Assembly (NCBI GenBank): GCA_963695545.1
Contig: OY968796.1
Span: 3,200,001 to 3,264,000 of the forward strand
Source: Terriglobia bacterium
GTDB taxonomy: Bacteria > Acidobacteriota > Terriglobia > Acidiferrales > UBA7541
Reading direction: 5' to 3'
Length of the DNA stretch: 64,000 nucleotides
Shown here: one piece after another, positions 1-9,454 of the stretch
How positions within the stretch are numbered: the first letter of the stretch is position 1
Layout: the number at the start of each line of letters is the position of its first letter
Made by a program: the position numbers and the translations under genes
The notes under the pieces: generated by a model
What the model was told of the DNA's origin: nothing
The model's database searches: none
Seen by the model: the letters and a program-made list of their open reading frames with translations, nothing else

Positions 1-808
1 GAAGAGGATGCTCGGATTCGGTGGCGGCGGATTTGCCGAGTTGGCGCGCAAGCGCTCCGGTGCGCAAATTGCTGGTGGGGCAGACTTCGAGAGGCACTCC
101 GGATTTTGCGAGCGAGTCCATCAGGCGCTCGCTGCGCATCGCGGCGATGCCGTGGCCGATGCGCTCGGCGCCGAGCAATTCGATCGCGTCGACGACGGAT
201 TCGGGGCCGCCGGTTTCGCCGGCGTGAACCAGGCGATGCAATCCGGCGGCGGCGGCGAAATCGTAAGCGGCGCGGAATTCCGATGCGGGCAGGGACAATT
301 CGTCGCCGCCCATGCCGAATGCGATGACGCCATCGCTGCGAAGCGCCGCGGCGCGATGGGCGACTTCCATCGCGGGAGCGGGGCCGAACTGCCGCACGCA
401 ATCGAAAATCCAGGCGCAACGGAGGGAGGGGATTTTTTGCGCCGCGCCGCCAATGGCGTGGAGATTCGCCGCGGGGTCTTGTTTGCGGAGCAACATCACG
501 CCGGCGGAGAGTGTGATCTCGGCGTAGAGCACGTTCTGCTGCGCGAGCGATTGGCCGAGATGTTGCATGACGAGAGCGTAGTCGGCTGGATCGCGCAGGA
601 ACGACGTGACCCATTTGAACGCTTCGATAAATTGCGCGAAGTCGCCGGGGGCGTAGCGCGCGGCAACCTCCTGCGCAGTGATGTGAACGCCGTGGCGCGC
701 GGCGAGTTCGACGGCGGTGGCGGGCGCGATTGAGCCTTCGAGATGCAAATGCAATTCGGCTTTGGGGAGAGCGAGGAGCGAGGGGTCGGGGCGGGCGGCG
801 TCGGCCAC
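1..808 (-). CDS. add: Adenosine deaminase (3' end runs off the window)
   Basis: Not in the ORF track; read by hand on the minus strand from GTG at 808: MADAARPDPSLLALPKAELHLHLEGSI ... LVHAGETGGPESVVDAIELLGAERIGHG ... LEVCPTSN, all ADA signature motifs. Confidence 0.93.
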   Translation of the reverse strand, partial: MADAARPDPSLLALPKAELHLHLEGSIAPATAVELAARHGVHITAQEVAARYAPGDFAQFIEAFKWVTSFLRDPADYALVMQHLGQSLAQQNVLYAEITLSAGVMLLRKQDPAANLHAIGGAAQKIPSLRCAWIFDCVRQFGPAPAMEVAHRAAALRSDGVIAFGMGGDELSLPASEFRAAYDFAAAAGLHRLVHAGETGGPESVVDAIELLGAERIGHGIAAMRSERLMDSLAKSGVPLEVCPTSNLRTGALARQLGKSAATESEHPL

Positions 809-818
809 GGCGCGGCGG

Positions 819-1694
819 CTACTGGGACGGCAACTGGGGCCGGCCGGCGTTGATCCAGGCGGTGAGCCAGTAGGAGCCGACGTCGGTGGCGGCGTCGGTG
901 AGCTGACGGATCACGATGGCGCCGGCGCGGTCGTAGAAGCGATCGTAATATTGATCGTCGAAATCGTTCGAGCCGGCGCGGGAGTTGCGGTCGGCGAGAA
1001 GAATGTTTTCAAGCCAGGCGTGCGCGGAGAGGCAATCCTCGAAAGCGTGGTCGGTGGGATCGTTGATGAATACGGCGTCGTTCGGGCGCAATGGGAAAAA
1101 ATGTGAATAGTGATCGACGAGCGAGGAATCGAAGCGCGAATTGACGCCGGGTTGTCCGGAAAGCGAGCCGTCGAAATCAACCGTGGTGTTGAAGGGATCG
1201 TGCGCTTCGGCAACGTAGGCGGCGAGCCAGGCGGCCGTGAGCTTGGCTTGTTCCCAATTGCCGGCGCGCATGGCGGCGGTGAGTTTTGCGCTGTAAACGC
1301 CGATCTCCCACGGGAGCACGCCGCCGGCTTGGACTTTGGCTTTGCCATATTTGGTGACGGCATCTTTGTAGTCGCGGGGGAGCGCGGCGTAAGGGAATTT
1401 TCCGTAGCGCTCGAGGCGCAATACGTGATTGGGGCGCTCGGTGAGGGGAGTTTTGTCGAGCCAATCGAAGGGATCGGCGGAATGCTTGACGATGAAATCG
1501 CGATTGGCTTCAAAGAACGGCTGGATTTCAACGGGCAGCGTGTCAACGCCCTTGCTGGCGATCAAGCGCTCGCTGTTCACGCCCCAGGCGCGAGCGAGCG
1601 CGGGCGCCGCGAGTGTAAGCAGCGCCAAAACGGCGGCTCGCGCAGACGCGCTGCGCGCTGATTTTATGGCGCCGAGTGAATTCCCAGGGCTCAT
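819..1694 (-). CDS. Secreted S1/P1 nuclease / Zn-dependent phospholipase C-like protein with degenerate metal ligands
   Basis: Signal peptide ending ARA, then mature N-terminal WG; GVLPW; AYVAEAHDPFNTT and GVNSRFDS align with the family motifs HYxxDxHxPLH and GIHxRFE. Confidence 0.7.
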   Translation of the reverse strand: MSPGNSLGAIKSARSASARAAVLALLTLAAPALARAWGVNSERLIASKGVDTLPVEIQPFFEANRDFIVKHSADPFDWLDKTPLTERPNHVLRLERYGKFPYAALPRDYKDAVTKYGKAKVQAGGVLPWEIGVYSAKLTAAMRAGNWEQAKLTAAWLAAYVAEAHDPFNTTVDFDGSLSGQPGVNSRFDSSLVDHYSHFFPLRPNDAVFINDPTDHAFEDCLSAHAWLENILLADRNSRAGSNDFDDQYYDRFYDRAGAIVIRQLTDAATDVGSYWLTAWINAGRPQLPSQ

Positions 1695-1790
1695 AGGCTC
1701 CGACGAGAGCGCTCGAATGATGACTCTACCTTTAGCGTGGCCGGACGCGCAACCGCGAGAAGCGTGCGCGGCAATGGCGCGCGCGATGAC

Positions 1791-4055
1791 TCAGGCCCAC
1801 ACGAGTTGGGCGTAGCGCTCGACCAATATTTTCACGCCGTAATCGGAGAAGCGCACGGTGAGTTTGCGATCGTCGTCTTCGCCTTCGACGGCGACAATCG
1901 TGCCGGTTCCGTATTTGGGATGGCGCACGCGGCGGCCGACGAATGGATTCGCCGAGGCCGATCTCGACACGGCAGAAGAGCTGCGCCCGGCGCGCGATGC
2001 GGAGGCGACGCCGGAGCCGGATGCACCGCGGCTCGCGCCCGGAGCGGGTCTGCGCGCGCGGCGGGCGAATTCTTCAGCGGAATACGAATATTCCGGGTCG
2101 GGCTCGTAGCGGCGCGTTTCGCCGGCGTCGGCAAGCGAGCCATGCGCGGACTCGATGAGCTCGCCGGGGATTTCGGCGAGGAAGCGCGAGGGAAGCGAAC
2201 CTTCGAGGCGATCGTTGCCGTAGATGCGGCGATACACCGCGCGCGTAAGCGTGAGCGTATCGCGTGCGCGCGTCATGCCGACGTAGCAGAGGCGGCGCTC
2301 TTCTTCGATGTCGTCGGGATGATTTGCGGAGCGGCTGTGCGGGAAGACGCCCTCTTCGAGGCCAGTGAGAAAAACGTGCTCGAATTCGAGGCCTTTCGCG
2401 CTGTGAAGCGTGAGCAGCGTGACGGCGGAACGGCTGTCGAAGTTGTCGGCGTCGCTCACTAGGGCGGCGCGTTCGAGAAAATCGGTGAGCGTCTCGCCGC
2501 GATCGGCGCCTTCGGCGACTGCGGCGAGCAGTTCGCGCACGTTGTCGGCGCGCGCGGAGTCCTCGACGGAATCGCGCTGGGAGAGCATATCGAGATAGCC
2601 GGAGCGGTCGATCACGCGCGAAAGAAATTCCGCGGGAGGCAGCGCGACATCGACGCGCAATTGGTCGATAAGCACGCGGAATCCGCGCAGAGGAACAGCC
2701 GAGCGCTGGCCTGTGGCGTTCTCGACGAGTTCCGCGGACGCAGCCCACAGGGAAATGCCGCGCTCGTGAGCCAGGCCGCGCAGCGCGCCGAGCGTGACCT
2801 TGCCGATTCCGCGCGGCGGCGTGTTGAGCACGCGCAACAGAGCGACGTCGTCATCGGGTCGGATCGCGAGGCGCGCGTAGGCCAGGACGTCCTTCACTTC
2901 CGCGCGTTGGTAAAACGAAAATCCGCCGAGCATGCGATAGCGAATCGCGCGCCAGAGCAGCGCTTCTTCAAACGCTCGCGACTGCGCGTTGGTGCGGTAG
3001 AGCACGGCGGCGTGGGCGGTGGAATCTTCGGCGAGAAGCACGCCGATGCGCTCGGCGACAAACTCGGCTTCGGCTTTGGCGTCGCGCGCTTCGTAGAAAG
3101 CCAGCAGATTGCCCACGCCGCGCGTGGCTTCGAGAGTTTTGCCAAGGCGCCTCTGATTCTTTTGCACGACTCCGGCGGCGGCGTCGAGGATATTTTGCGT
3201 CGAGCGATAATTTTGCTCGAGGCGGATCACTTGCGCGCCGGGGAAATTCTCGGCGAAGCGCAGGATGTTTCCGACGTCGGCGCCGCGCCAACGATAGATG
3301 GATTGATCTTCGTCGCCGACGACGCAGAGATTGCGATCCGAATTCAGCAGCAGGCGCAGTAAGTCGAATTGCGCGCGGTTGGTGTCCTGGTATTCATCTA
3401 CGAGGATGTAGCGAAAGCGCGCGCTCCAGGCGGCGCGGGCCTCGCTCGACTCCGCGAGCACCTGCACGGCGCGCAGCAGCAGATCGTCAAAATCGAGCGC
3501 GCCGGCGCGGCGCAGCACCCCTTCATAGGCAGCGTAGATGCGCGCGAAGGCGCGGGCGCGGTCGTCGCCAGCCGCTTCGGACGCGGCTTCCGGAGTCTCG
3601 CCATGATTCTTGGCGGAACTGATGCGTTCGAGCAGCGCGCGCGGGCGCTCGGAGGAATCGGACACGCCGAGTTGTTCGAGGGCGCGCTTGACGGCGGCGG
3701 TTTGATCGTCGTCGTCGTAGATGGCGAAGTCGCGAGGGAGTCCGAGCCGCGGCGCTTCGCGGCGCAGCAAGCGCGCGCAAAATGCGTGAAACGTGTAGAT
3801 CCACGGATCGGCGAAGGGCTTGCCGGAGCGCAGCAGGAGCGCCGCGACGCGCTCGCGCATCTCATCGGCGGCTTTGTTCGTGAACGTGACGGCAAGAACC
3901 GCGTCGCCGGGCACGCATGTCTCAATCAAATGCGCGATTCGGTAGGTGACCACACGGGTTTTGCCCGTGCCCGCGCCGGCGAGAACCAGCACCGGGCCTT
4001 CGGTGGCCAGTGCGGCTTCGCGCTGCTTGGGATTCAAATCGTCGAGGAGGGTCAT
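1791..4055 (-). CDS. uvrD: UvrD/PcrA superfamily 1 DNA helicase
   Basis: LNPKQ, AGAGTGKT, TFTNKAA, VDEYQD, VGDEDQSIYRWRGA, QNYRS, TLHSAKGLEF, EERRLCYVGMTRA; C-terminal Tudor-like domain (VRHPKYGTG). Start placed at ATG 4055. Confidence 0.95.
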   Translation of the reverse strand: MTLLDDLNPKQREAALATEGPVLVLAGAGTGKTRVVTYRIAHLIETCVPGDAVLAVTFTNKAADEMRERVAALLLRSGKPFADPWIYTFHAFCARLLRREAPRLGLPRDFAIYDDDDQTAAVKRALEQLGVSDSSERPRALLERISSAKNHGETPEAASEAAGDDRARAFARIYAAYEGVLRRAGALDFDDLLLRAVQVLAESSEARAAWSARFRYILVDEYQDTNRAQFDLLRLLLNSDRNLCVVGDEDQSIYRWRGADVGNILRFAENFPGAQVIRLEQNYRSTQNILDAAAGVVQKNQRRLGKTLEATRGVGNLLAFYEARDAKAEAEFVAERIGVLLAEDSTAHAAVLYRTNAQSRAFEEALLWRAIRYRMLGGFSFYQRAEVKDVLAYARLAIRPDDDVALLRVLNTPPRGIGKVTLGALRGLAHERGISLWAASAELVENATGQRSAVPLRGFRVLIDQLRVDVALPPAEFLSRVIDRSGYLDMLSQRDSVEDSARADNVRELLAAVAEGADRGETLTDFLERAALVSDADNFDSRSAVTLLTLHSAKGLEFEHVFLTGLEEGVFPHSRSANHPDDIEEERRLCYVGMTRARDTLTLTRAVYRRIYGNDRLEGSLPSRFLAEIPGELIESAHGSLADAGETRRYEPDPEYSYSAEEFARRARRPAPGASRGASGSGVASASRAGRSSSAVSRSASANPFVGRRVRHPKYGTGTIVAVEGEDDDRKLTVRFSDYGVKILVERYAQLVWA

Positions 4056-4182
4056 GATGAACTGGGAATCGCGGACGTATTCGAGTTTAGCTGACGACAA
4101 AGGCTTCGGCAAATCGCATGAACGCAGGAATGGAGCGGACGGTAAGGCGTTAATCGAACACAGATCAGGCGTGGCGCCAAAA

Positions 4183-4827
4183 TCAGGGTTTGACTGCCGG
4201 CGCGAGGTCAACCTCGAAGAACAGCAGCACTTGATTATTTACGAGATACGTTAAGTCCGGAATGTAGAGTTGAGAATCGCGCAGCAGATCGACGTGATGG
4301 GCCAAATCGAAATAGAGGCAACCGTGCACGGTGCCGTGTGGCGGAATGAGGTCGCTCGCGAGCGCCGCGGCGCGCACGGAATCCGCGAGCGCGGTCCACT
4401 GCTTATCGTGATCGCCCTTCGGATTGCCGATGGGGAGGCGCGGCCGGCCTGCGGTCGGATCAGTGCCGCCGGTGAGCAGCACTCGATCGGCGACTTCTTC
4501 GGGGGTGAGCGCTTCGACGCGCTGGGGATCGTCGCCGTCCGGGCCGACCACCAGACGCACGGTGCTTAAGTCCACGTGAATGGGGGAGTCGTTGTCATTC
4601 CGGAAATAGACGTCAAGCGCGACGACGCCGGCGTCGTATGGACTCTTCTTGCCGAAATGATCTTTGTACCAAGTCGCGTCGAGCATGGGTTGAACGGCGA
4701 CGAGAAGTTTCTCGTGGGAATCATGCGCGGGGAGGGAAGCGGGATCGGTTTGCGCGCGCGCGGGCGCGCACGTGGCGACCGCGGCGAAGGCTGCGACGAA
4801 GATGAGCAATGATCCTGTGCGAGTCAT
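4183..4827 (-). CDS. Hypothetical secreted protein
   Basis: Signal-peptide-like N-terminus (…APARAQ), protein-like composition, fills the gap upstream of uvrD. Confidence 0.75.
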   Translation of the reverse strand: MTRTGSLLIFVAAFAAVATCAPARAQTDPASLPAHDSHEKLLVAVQPMLDATWYKDHFGKKSPYDAGVVALDVYFRNDNDSPIHVDLSTVRLVVGPDGDDPQRVEALTPEEVADRVLLTGGTDPTAGRPRLPIGNPKGDHDKQWTALADSVRAAALASDLIPPHGTVHGCLYFDLAHHVDLLRDSQLYIPDLTYLVNNQVLLFFEVDLAPAVKP

Positions 4828-5016
4828 GCGCGAATCAACCGCGAGTCACGGCGCCGCATCCTGCGATCTCAGATGCGGCAACGCAGCAAGAGTTGCCCCG
4901 TACCACTGGCAGCTTGTAATCACTATAATAACCCCGCATTCGGGTCCGTCCGAAGGAGTCCTGAACGGCGCGCGCCGATTTCGCCTGTTGGCCGGGCGAA
5001 CGTTGCCGCCAGGTGC

Positions 5017-6363
5017 ATGTTTTTCCTCTACACGTTGCTGACTGCCGCGGGGATGGCGCTTGCGTCGCCGTATTTTTTATTGCAGGCGCTGCGCCGCGGA
5101 CAGTCATTCGGCTCACTGCGGCAACGCTTTGGCTGGGGCTACCCGGCGGAGCTTCGAGCGGGCGATGACGGCGCGATTTGGGTGCACGCGGTTTCCGTGG
5201 GCGAGCTGCTTGCGGTGATGCCGTTGTTGCGCTGCCTCAAGGAACGATTTCCACCGCGCCGCTTGGTGATTTCCACGACCACAGCCACCGGCCAGCGATT
5301 GGCGCGCGAGCGCTTGGCGTGGGCCGACGCAATATTTTATTTCCCGCTCGATTGGCCCGGGCCAGTGCGGCGCGCGCTGGCAGCGGTGCGGCCGGCGATG
5401 GTGGTGATCGCGGAAACCGAGATCTGGCCGAACTTTCTGCGCGCGGTGAGCGCGCGCGGCGTGCCGATCGCGTTCGTCAATGGGCGGCTCTCCGAACGTT
5501 CCCATAACAGGCTGCGCCGCGCGGCGAGGATTTCTCCGGGAGCGATCGGCGGATTCGAGCGGCGCGTGTTGTCGTTTGCTTCGATCTACATGATGCAATC
5601 GGATGCGGACGCCGAGCGACTGGTCAATCTGGGCGCGCCACCTGCGCGCGTCGTGGTGACGGGCAATCTGAAGTACGATCTCCGGCAGCCGGAACCCGGC
5701 GCGCTCGCGGCGTGGTTGATTCGGGAACTGAAGCGCGCGCAACGCGGACCGATTATCGTGGCGGGCAGTTTGGCGGAGGGCGAAGAGCGGGCCGTGCTCG
5801 ACGCGCTCGCCGCGATCGAGCGCGAATGGCCCGCGGCGCTGCTGATTGCGGCGCCGCGTAAGCCGCAGACTTTCGATTCCGCTGCGCGGGAAATCGAGGC
5901 GCGGGGCCGCGTGGCGGTTCGTCGAAGTGCGCTCGATCTCGATCTCGATCGCGATGGCGCCGTCGCGCTGGATGTGCCGGGCGCGGTACTGCTTCTCGAT
6001 AGCGTCGGCGAACTCGCCGGGCTTTACGCGCTGGCGGACGCGGTGTTCGTAGGCGGATCGCTTGTGCCGGTGGGCGGCCACAATATTCTGGAGCCGGCGA
6101 TCGTGGGGCGCGCGCCGGTGTTCGGTCCATCGATGGACAATTTCAAGGAAATGGCGGCGCGGTTTCGCGAAGCGGGCGCGGGGATGGAAGTCGCCGATGC
6201 CACGGAATTAGCCGCTGCCTGGGCGGGCCTGCTGCGCGATCCGGAAGAGCGCGAGCGTCGCGGCGCGGCCGCGAAGGCGTTGGTGGAACGCTATCGCGGC
6301 GCGACCGGAGCGGCGACCGAGCGGTTGAGCGCGCTTCTTCCTGCCGACCGGAGTGCGACTTGA
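5017..6363 (+). CDS. waaA: 3-deoxy-D-manno-octulosonic acid (Kdo) transferase
   Basis: IWVHAVSVGE, STTTATG, YFPLD, ETEIWPN, NGRLS, TGNLKYD, VGGSLVPVGGHNILEP. Start placed at ATG 5017. Confidence 0.95.
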   Translation: MFFLYTLLTAAGMALASPYFLLQALRRGQSFGSLRQRFGWGYPAELRAGDDGAIWVHAVSVGELLAVMPLLRCLKERFPPRRLVISTTTATGQRLARERLAWADAIFYFPLDWPGPVRRALAAVRPAMVVIAETEIWPNFLRAVSARGVPIAFVNGRLSERSHNRLRRAARISPGAIGGFERRVLSFASIYMMQSDADAERLVNLGAPPARVVVTGNLKYDLRQPEPGALAAWLIRELKRAQRGPIIVAGSLAEGEERAVLDALAAIEREWPAALLIAAPRKPQTFDSAAREIEARGRVAVRRSALDLDLDRDGAVALDVPGAVLLLDSVGELAGLYALADAVFVGGSLVPVGGHNILEPAIVGRAPVFGPSMDNFKEMAARFREAGAGMEVADATELAAAWAGLLRDPEERERRGAAAKALVERYRGATGAATERLSALLPADRSAT

Positions 6364-7388
6364 ATCCGCCGGCGATTGTGTCGTGGCTGCTGTGGCCTCT
6401 CAGCTTAATTTATGGCGCGTGGATGGCCTTGCGCGCGTGGGCGTATCGCCGCCGCATCTTCAAATCGAAAGGCGTGGAAGGAATCGTCGTCAGCATCGGC
6501 AATCTGACGACGGGCGGCACAGGCAAGACTCCGACGGCGCTGTGGCTCGCGCTGCGCGCGGCGGAAGCGGGGCAACGCGCCGCCATTCTTCTGCGCGGCT
6601 ATGGCGCGCGCGGGGAAGCTGGCGCCGATGGCCGTCCGCGCAGCGACGAAGCCGCGCTGTTGCGAGATCGTTTGGGCGGACGGGCGCAGCTTGGCATCGG
6701 AGCGGATCGCATCGCGTCGGCCCAGGCGCTCGGGCGCCACGGCGTCACCTGGTTCGTGCTCGACGATGGATTTCAGCATCTCAAGTTGCAGCGCGACGTG
6801 GATATTGTTCTGCTCGATGCGACGCGACCGTTTGGCAACGGTCGACTTTTGCCGGCAGGTTCGTTGCGCGAACGGCGTTCCGCGCTCGGCCGCGCCGACA
6901 TTATTTTGATCACGCGCAGCGAGCACGCGCCCGCGCTTGAAACCGCGGTGCGGCGATTTACGCAGGCGCCGGTATTCTACGCGCACGCACGGTTCGATGG
7001 TTTGTACCGCGCGCCGCAGCGTGCGATCTCCTTACCGAAGGCGGATTGGGCGCGGGGGCGATTCTTCGCTTTTGCAGGAATCGGAAATCCCGCGGCGTTT
7101 TTCGACGATCTCGGGCGTTGGGGCGTGCCGCTGGCGGGCAAGCGCGGGTTTCGCGATCATCATCGCTTCACGCTCGCGGATCTCGCGCAGCTCGAGCGCG
7201 CCGCGGCGGAAAATTCGGCCGACGCGCTGGTATGCACGGAAAAGGATGTATACAACCTTGGCGATATTTCCTCGCTGCGTTTGCCGATTTATGCCGCATG
7301 CATTTCGATTGCGATCGGCGACGAAGAGCGATTCTGGGAGACCATTTGCCGCGTCGTGATTGAGTCGACGAGCGAGGCGCCGCGATGA
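6360..7388 (+). CDS. lpxK: Tetraacyldisaccharide 4'-kinase
   Basis: VSIGNLTTGGTGKTP, LRGYG, SDE, LDDGFQH, LLPAGSLRE, AGIGNP, FRDHH, CTEKD. Confidence 0.95.
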   Translation: MNPPAIVSWLLWPLSLIYGAWMALRAWAYRRRIFKSKGVEGIVVSIGNLTTGGTGKTPTALWLALRAAEAGQRAAILLRGYGARGEAGADGRPRSDEAALLRDRLGGRAQLGIGADRIASAQALGRHGVTWFVLDDGFQHLKLQRDVDIVLLDATRPFGNGRLLPAGSLRERRSALGRADIILITRSEHAPALETAVRRFTQAPVFYAHARFDGLYRAPQRAISLPKADWARGRFFAFAGIGNPAAFFDDLGRWGVPLAGKRGFRDHHRFTLADLAQLERAAAENSADALVCTEKDVYNLGDISSLRLPIYAACISIAIGDEERFWETICRVVIESTSEAPR

Positions 7389-8497
7389 GGATTCTGGTTC
7401 GCGCGCCCAATTGGGTGGGAGACGCGGTGATGGCGATCCCAGCGCTCGATGCACTTCGCGCGCGGTGGCCTGACGCCGAGATTGCCGTGCTTGGCATCCC
7501 GCCGATCGCGGGCTTGTTGAGTGGCCAAAGTTTCGCCGATCGCACAATTGTTTTTGAGCGCGGCGCGAGACACCGCGGCCTCCGGGGTAACGAACGTCTG
7601 GCGGCGGAACTCGCGCAAGGAAAATTCGATCTGGCAGTCCTGCTGCCGAATTCATTCGATGCGGCTTGGACCGCGTGGCGCGCGCATATCCCTGAACGCG
7701 TGGGCTACGCGCGCGACGCTCGCGGCGTGCTGCTGACGAATGCTGTGGTCGCGCCGCGCGCGGGAGAGATTCCGGCGCACCATTCGTATTACTATCTGGA
7801 GTTAGTGCGCCGCGCGGGTTGGATCGAAAGATTGCCTGAGTCACTTGAAGCGACGCTGCGCGTTTCGGCGGAGGCTCGGGACGCGGCAGAAACGGCGCTG
7901 GTGCGCGCGGGAGCACGTCCTCGCGCGTCCGGCCCGGCGCGCAGCACGCCGGGCCAGCCGTTGCGCTGCGCCGTCGCGCCGGGCGCGGCTTTCGGCACGG
8001 CGAAGCGCTGGCTGCCTTCGCGCTACGCGGGATTGGCGCGGCGCCTGCATTCCGAATGGGACGCGGACGTGATTCTGTTCGGCACGTCCTCGGATCGAGA
8101 AGACGCGGACGCGATCGCGGCGAGCGCGGAAGCAAATATCATTAACATGGCGGGAAAGACTTCGGCGGCGGAGTTGCCGGCGTCTCTCGCGGCATGCGAT
8201 GTATTCATCGGCAACGATTCCGGAGCGTCGTACGTTGCGGCAGCGGTGGGACTGCCGGTGATCGCGATCTACGGGCCGATGCCGCCGGAAATCGCGTATC
8301 CGATTACGCCGCGGCTCCAGATTGTGCGGCATCCGGTTTCGTGCAGTCCGTGCCTGCTGCGAAATTGCCCGGTGGACCATCGCTGCATGACGCGCATCGA
8401 AGTGGACGACGTGCTAAGCGCGGCGCAGAAGTTGCTCGGACGTACAGTGCCCACTCGTTGGGCGGCGAGCGATGAAGGGAGCGCGGCTGGTGGCTGA
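7385..8497 (+). CDS. waaF: LPS heptosyltransferase II (GT9)
   Basis: ILVRAPNWVGDAVM, LPNSF, PGAAFGTAKRW, GNDSG, CSPCLLRNCP. Confidence 0.9.
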   Translation: MRILVRAPNWVGDAVMAIPALDALRARWPDAEIAVLGIPPIAGLLSGQSFADRTIVFERGARHRGLRGNERLAAELAQGKFDLAVLLPNSFDAAWTAWRAHIPERVGYARDARGVLLTNAVVAPRAGEIPAHHSYYYLELVRRAGWIERLPESLEATLRVSAEARDAAETALVRAGARPRASGPARSTPGQPLRCAVAPGAAFGTAKRWLPSRYAGLARRLHSEWDADVILFGTSSDREDADAIAASAEANIINMAGKTSAAELPASLAACDVFIGNDSGASYVAAAVGLPVIAIYGPMPPEIAYPITPRLQIVRHPVSCSPCLLRNCPVDHRCMTRIEVDDVLSAAQKLLGRTVPTRWAASDEGSAAGG

Positions 8498-9080
8498 AAC
8501 GACTCCGGGTTCTGGGCGGCCGGCGGTTTTTCTCGATCGCGATGGCACGATCTGCGAGGAAATGGGATATCTCAACCACATCTCACGACTACGCGTGTTT
8601 CCGTTCGCGGCGGAAGCGATCGCGCGACTGAATAGCGCGGGACTGCCGGTCGTGGTGGTGACAAACCAATCGGGCGTTGCGCGCGGAATTTTTCCGGAGG
8701 CGCTGGTGACGCAGGTCGAGATGCGCATGGAAACCGAACTTGCGGTCGGCGGCGCGCGCATCGACGCGTTTTACTATTGCCCGCACGTGAAAGACCAGAA
8801 ATGCGATTGCCGGAAGCCGCTGCCGGGAATGCTTGAGCGCGCCGCGCGCGAACACGGACTCGATCTCAAGCGCTCCGTCGTCGTGGGCGACCGTTACGCC
8901 GATGTGGCTATGGCACATGCGGTCGGAGCGTTGGGAATTCTCGTGAAGTCGGGATATGGAAGCGGCGATTTCGAGTACCACGGCGCGCAATGGCCGAGGC
9001 AACCCGATGCGGTGCTGGAAGATCTGGCGGAAGCGGCGCAGTGGATCTTGAGAGTGTTCGGGCCAAAGGCTGCGCGGTGA
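8490..9080 (+). CDS. gmhB: D,D-heptose 1,7-bisphosphate phosphatase (HAD family)
   Basis: FLDRDGT, VTNQSGVARG, CPH…CDCRKP, VGDR. GTG at 8490 chosen; ATG at 8472 also possible. Confidence 0.92.
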   Translation: MAETTPGSGRPAVFLDRDGTICEEMGYLNHISRLRVFPFAAEAIARLNSAGLPVVVVTNQSGVARGIFPEALVTQVEMRMETELAVGGARIDAFYYCPHVKDQKCDCRKPLPGMLERAAREHGLDLKRSVVVGDRYADVAMAHAVGALGILVKSGYGSGDFEYHGAQWPRQPDAVLEDLAEAAQWILRVFGPKAAR

Positions 9081-9454
9081 ACACGCGCGAAAAAATCGTG
9101 AGCGTCGCCGCACTCGCCGATCGAGTGGAGCAGTCCGCCACGCCCGATGCGAAAATCGTGTTGGCGTCGGGGCGCTTCGATCTGCTCAGCAGGGAACTGG
9201 TGGAACAGTTGCAAGCGGCGCGAGCGGGAAACGTCGTTGTGGTTGCCGCTGTCGAACCGGGCACTGAGCGCGATTGTCTGTTGCCCGCGGAAGGGCGCGC
9301 GCAGTTGGCCGCGGGGCTCGCGGCGGTCGATTTTGTGGTGATCGCCGAAACTCGTGAAGTACGTGCAGCGCTGCGGCAAGCGGAATCGCTCGAGGTGAAA
9401 TCCGATCTGGCGCCGCGCTTGATCGCGCGGTTTCGCGGGCCCGCGCGTGCCTGA
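9077..9454 (+). CDS. Degenerate HldE/RfaE domain II-like (nucleotidyltransferase fold) protein
   Basis: GTGA overlap with gmhB stop; IVLASGRFDLL, LLPAEGRAQLAAGLAAVDFVV resemble the intact paralog at 51472-51981, but HxGH is absent. Confidence 0.7.
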   Translation: MNTREKIVSVAALADRVEQSATPDAKIVLASGRFDLLSRELVEQLQAARAGNVVVVAAVEPGTERDCLLPAEGRAQLAAGLAAVDFVVIAETREVRAALRQAESLEVKSDLAPRLIARFRGPARA

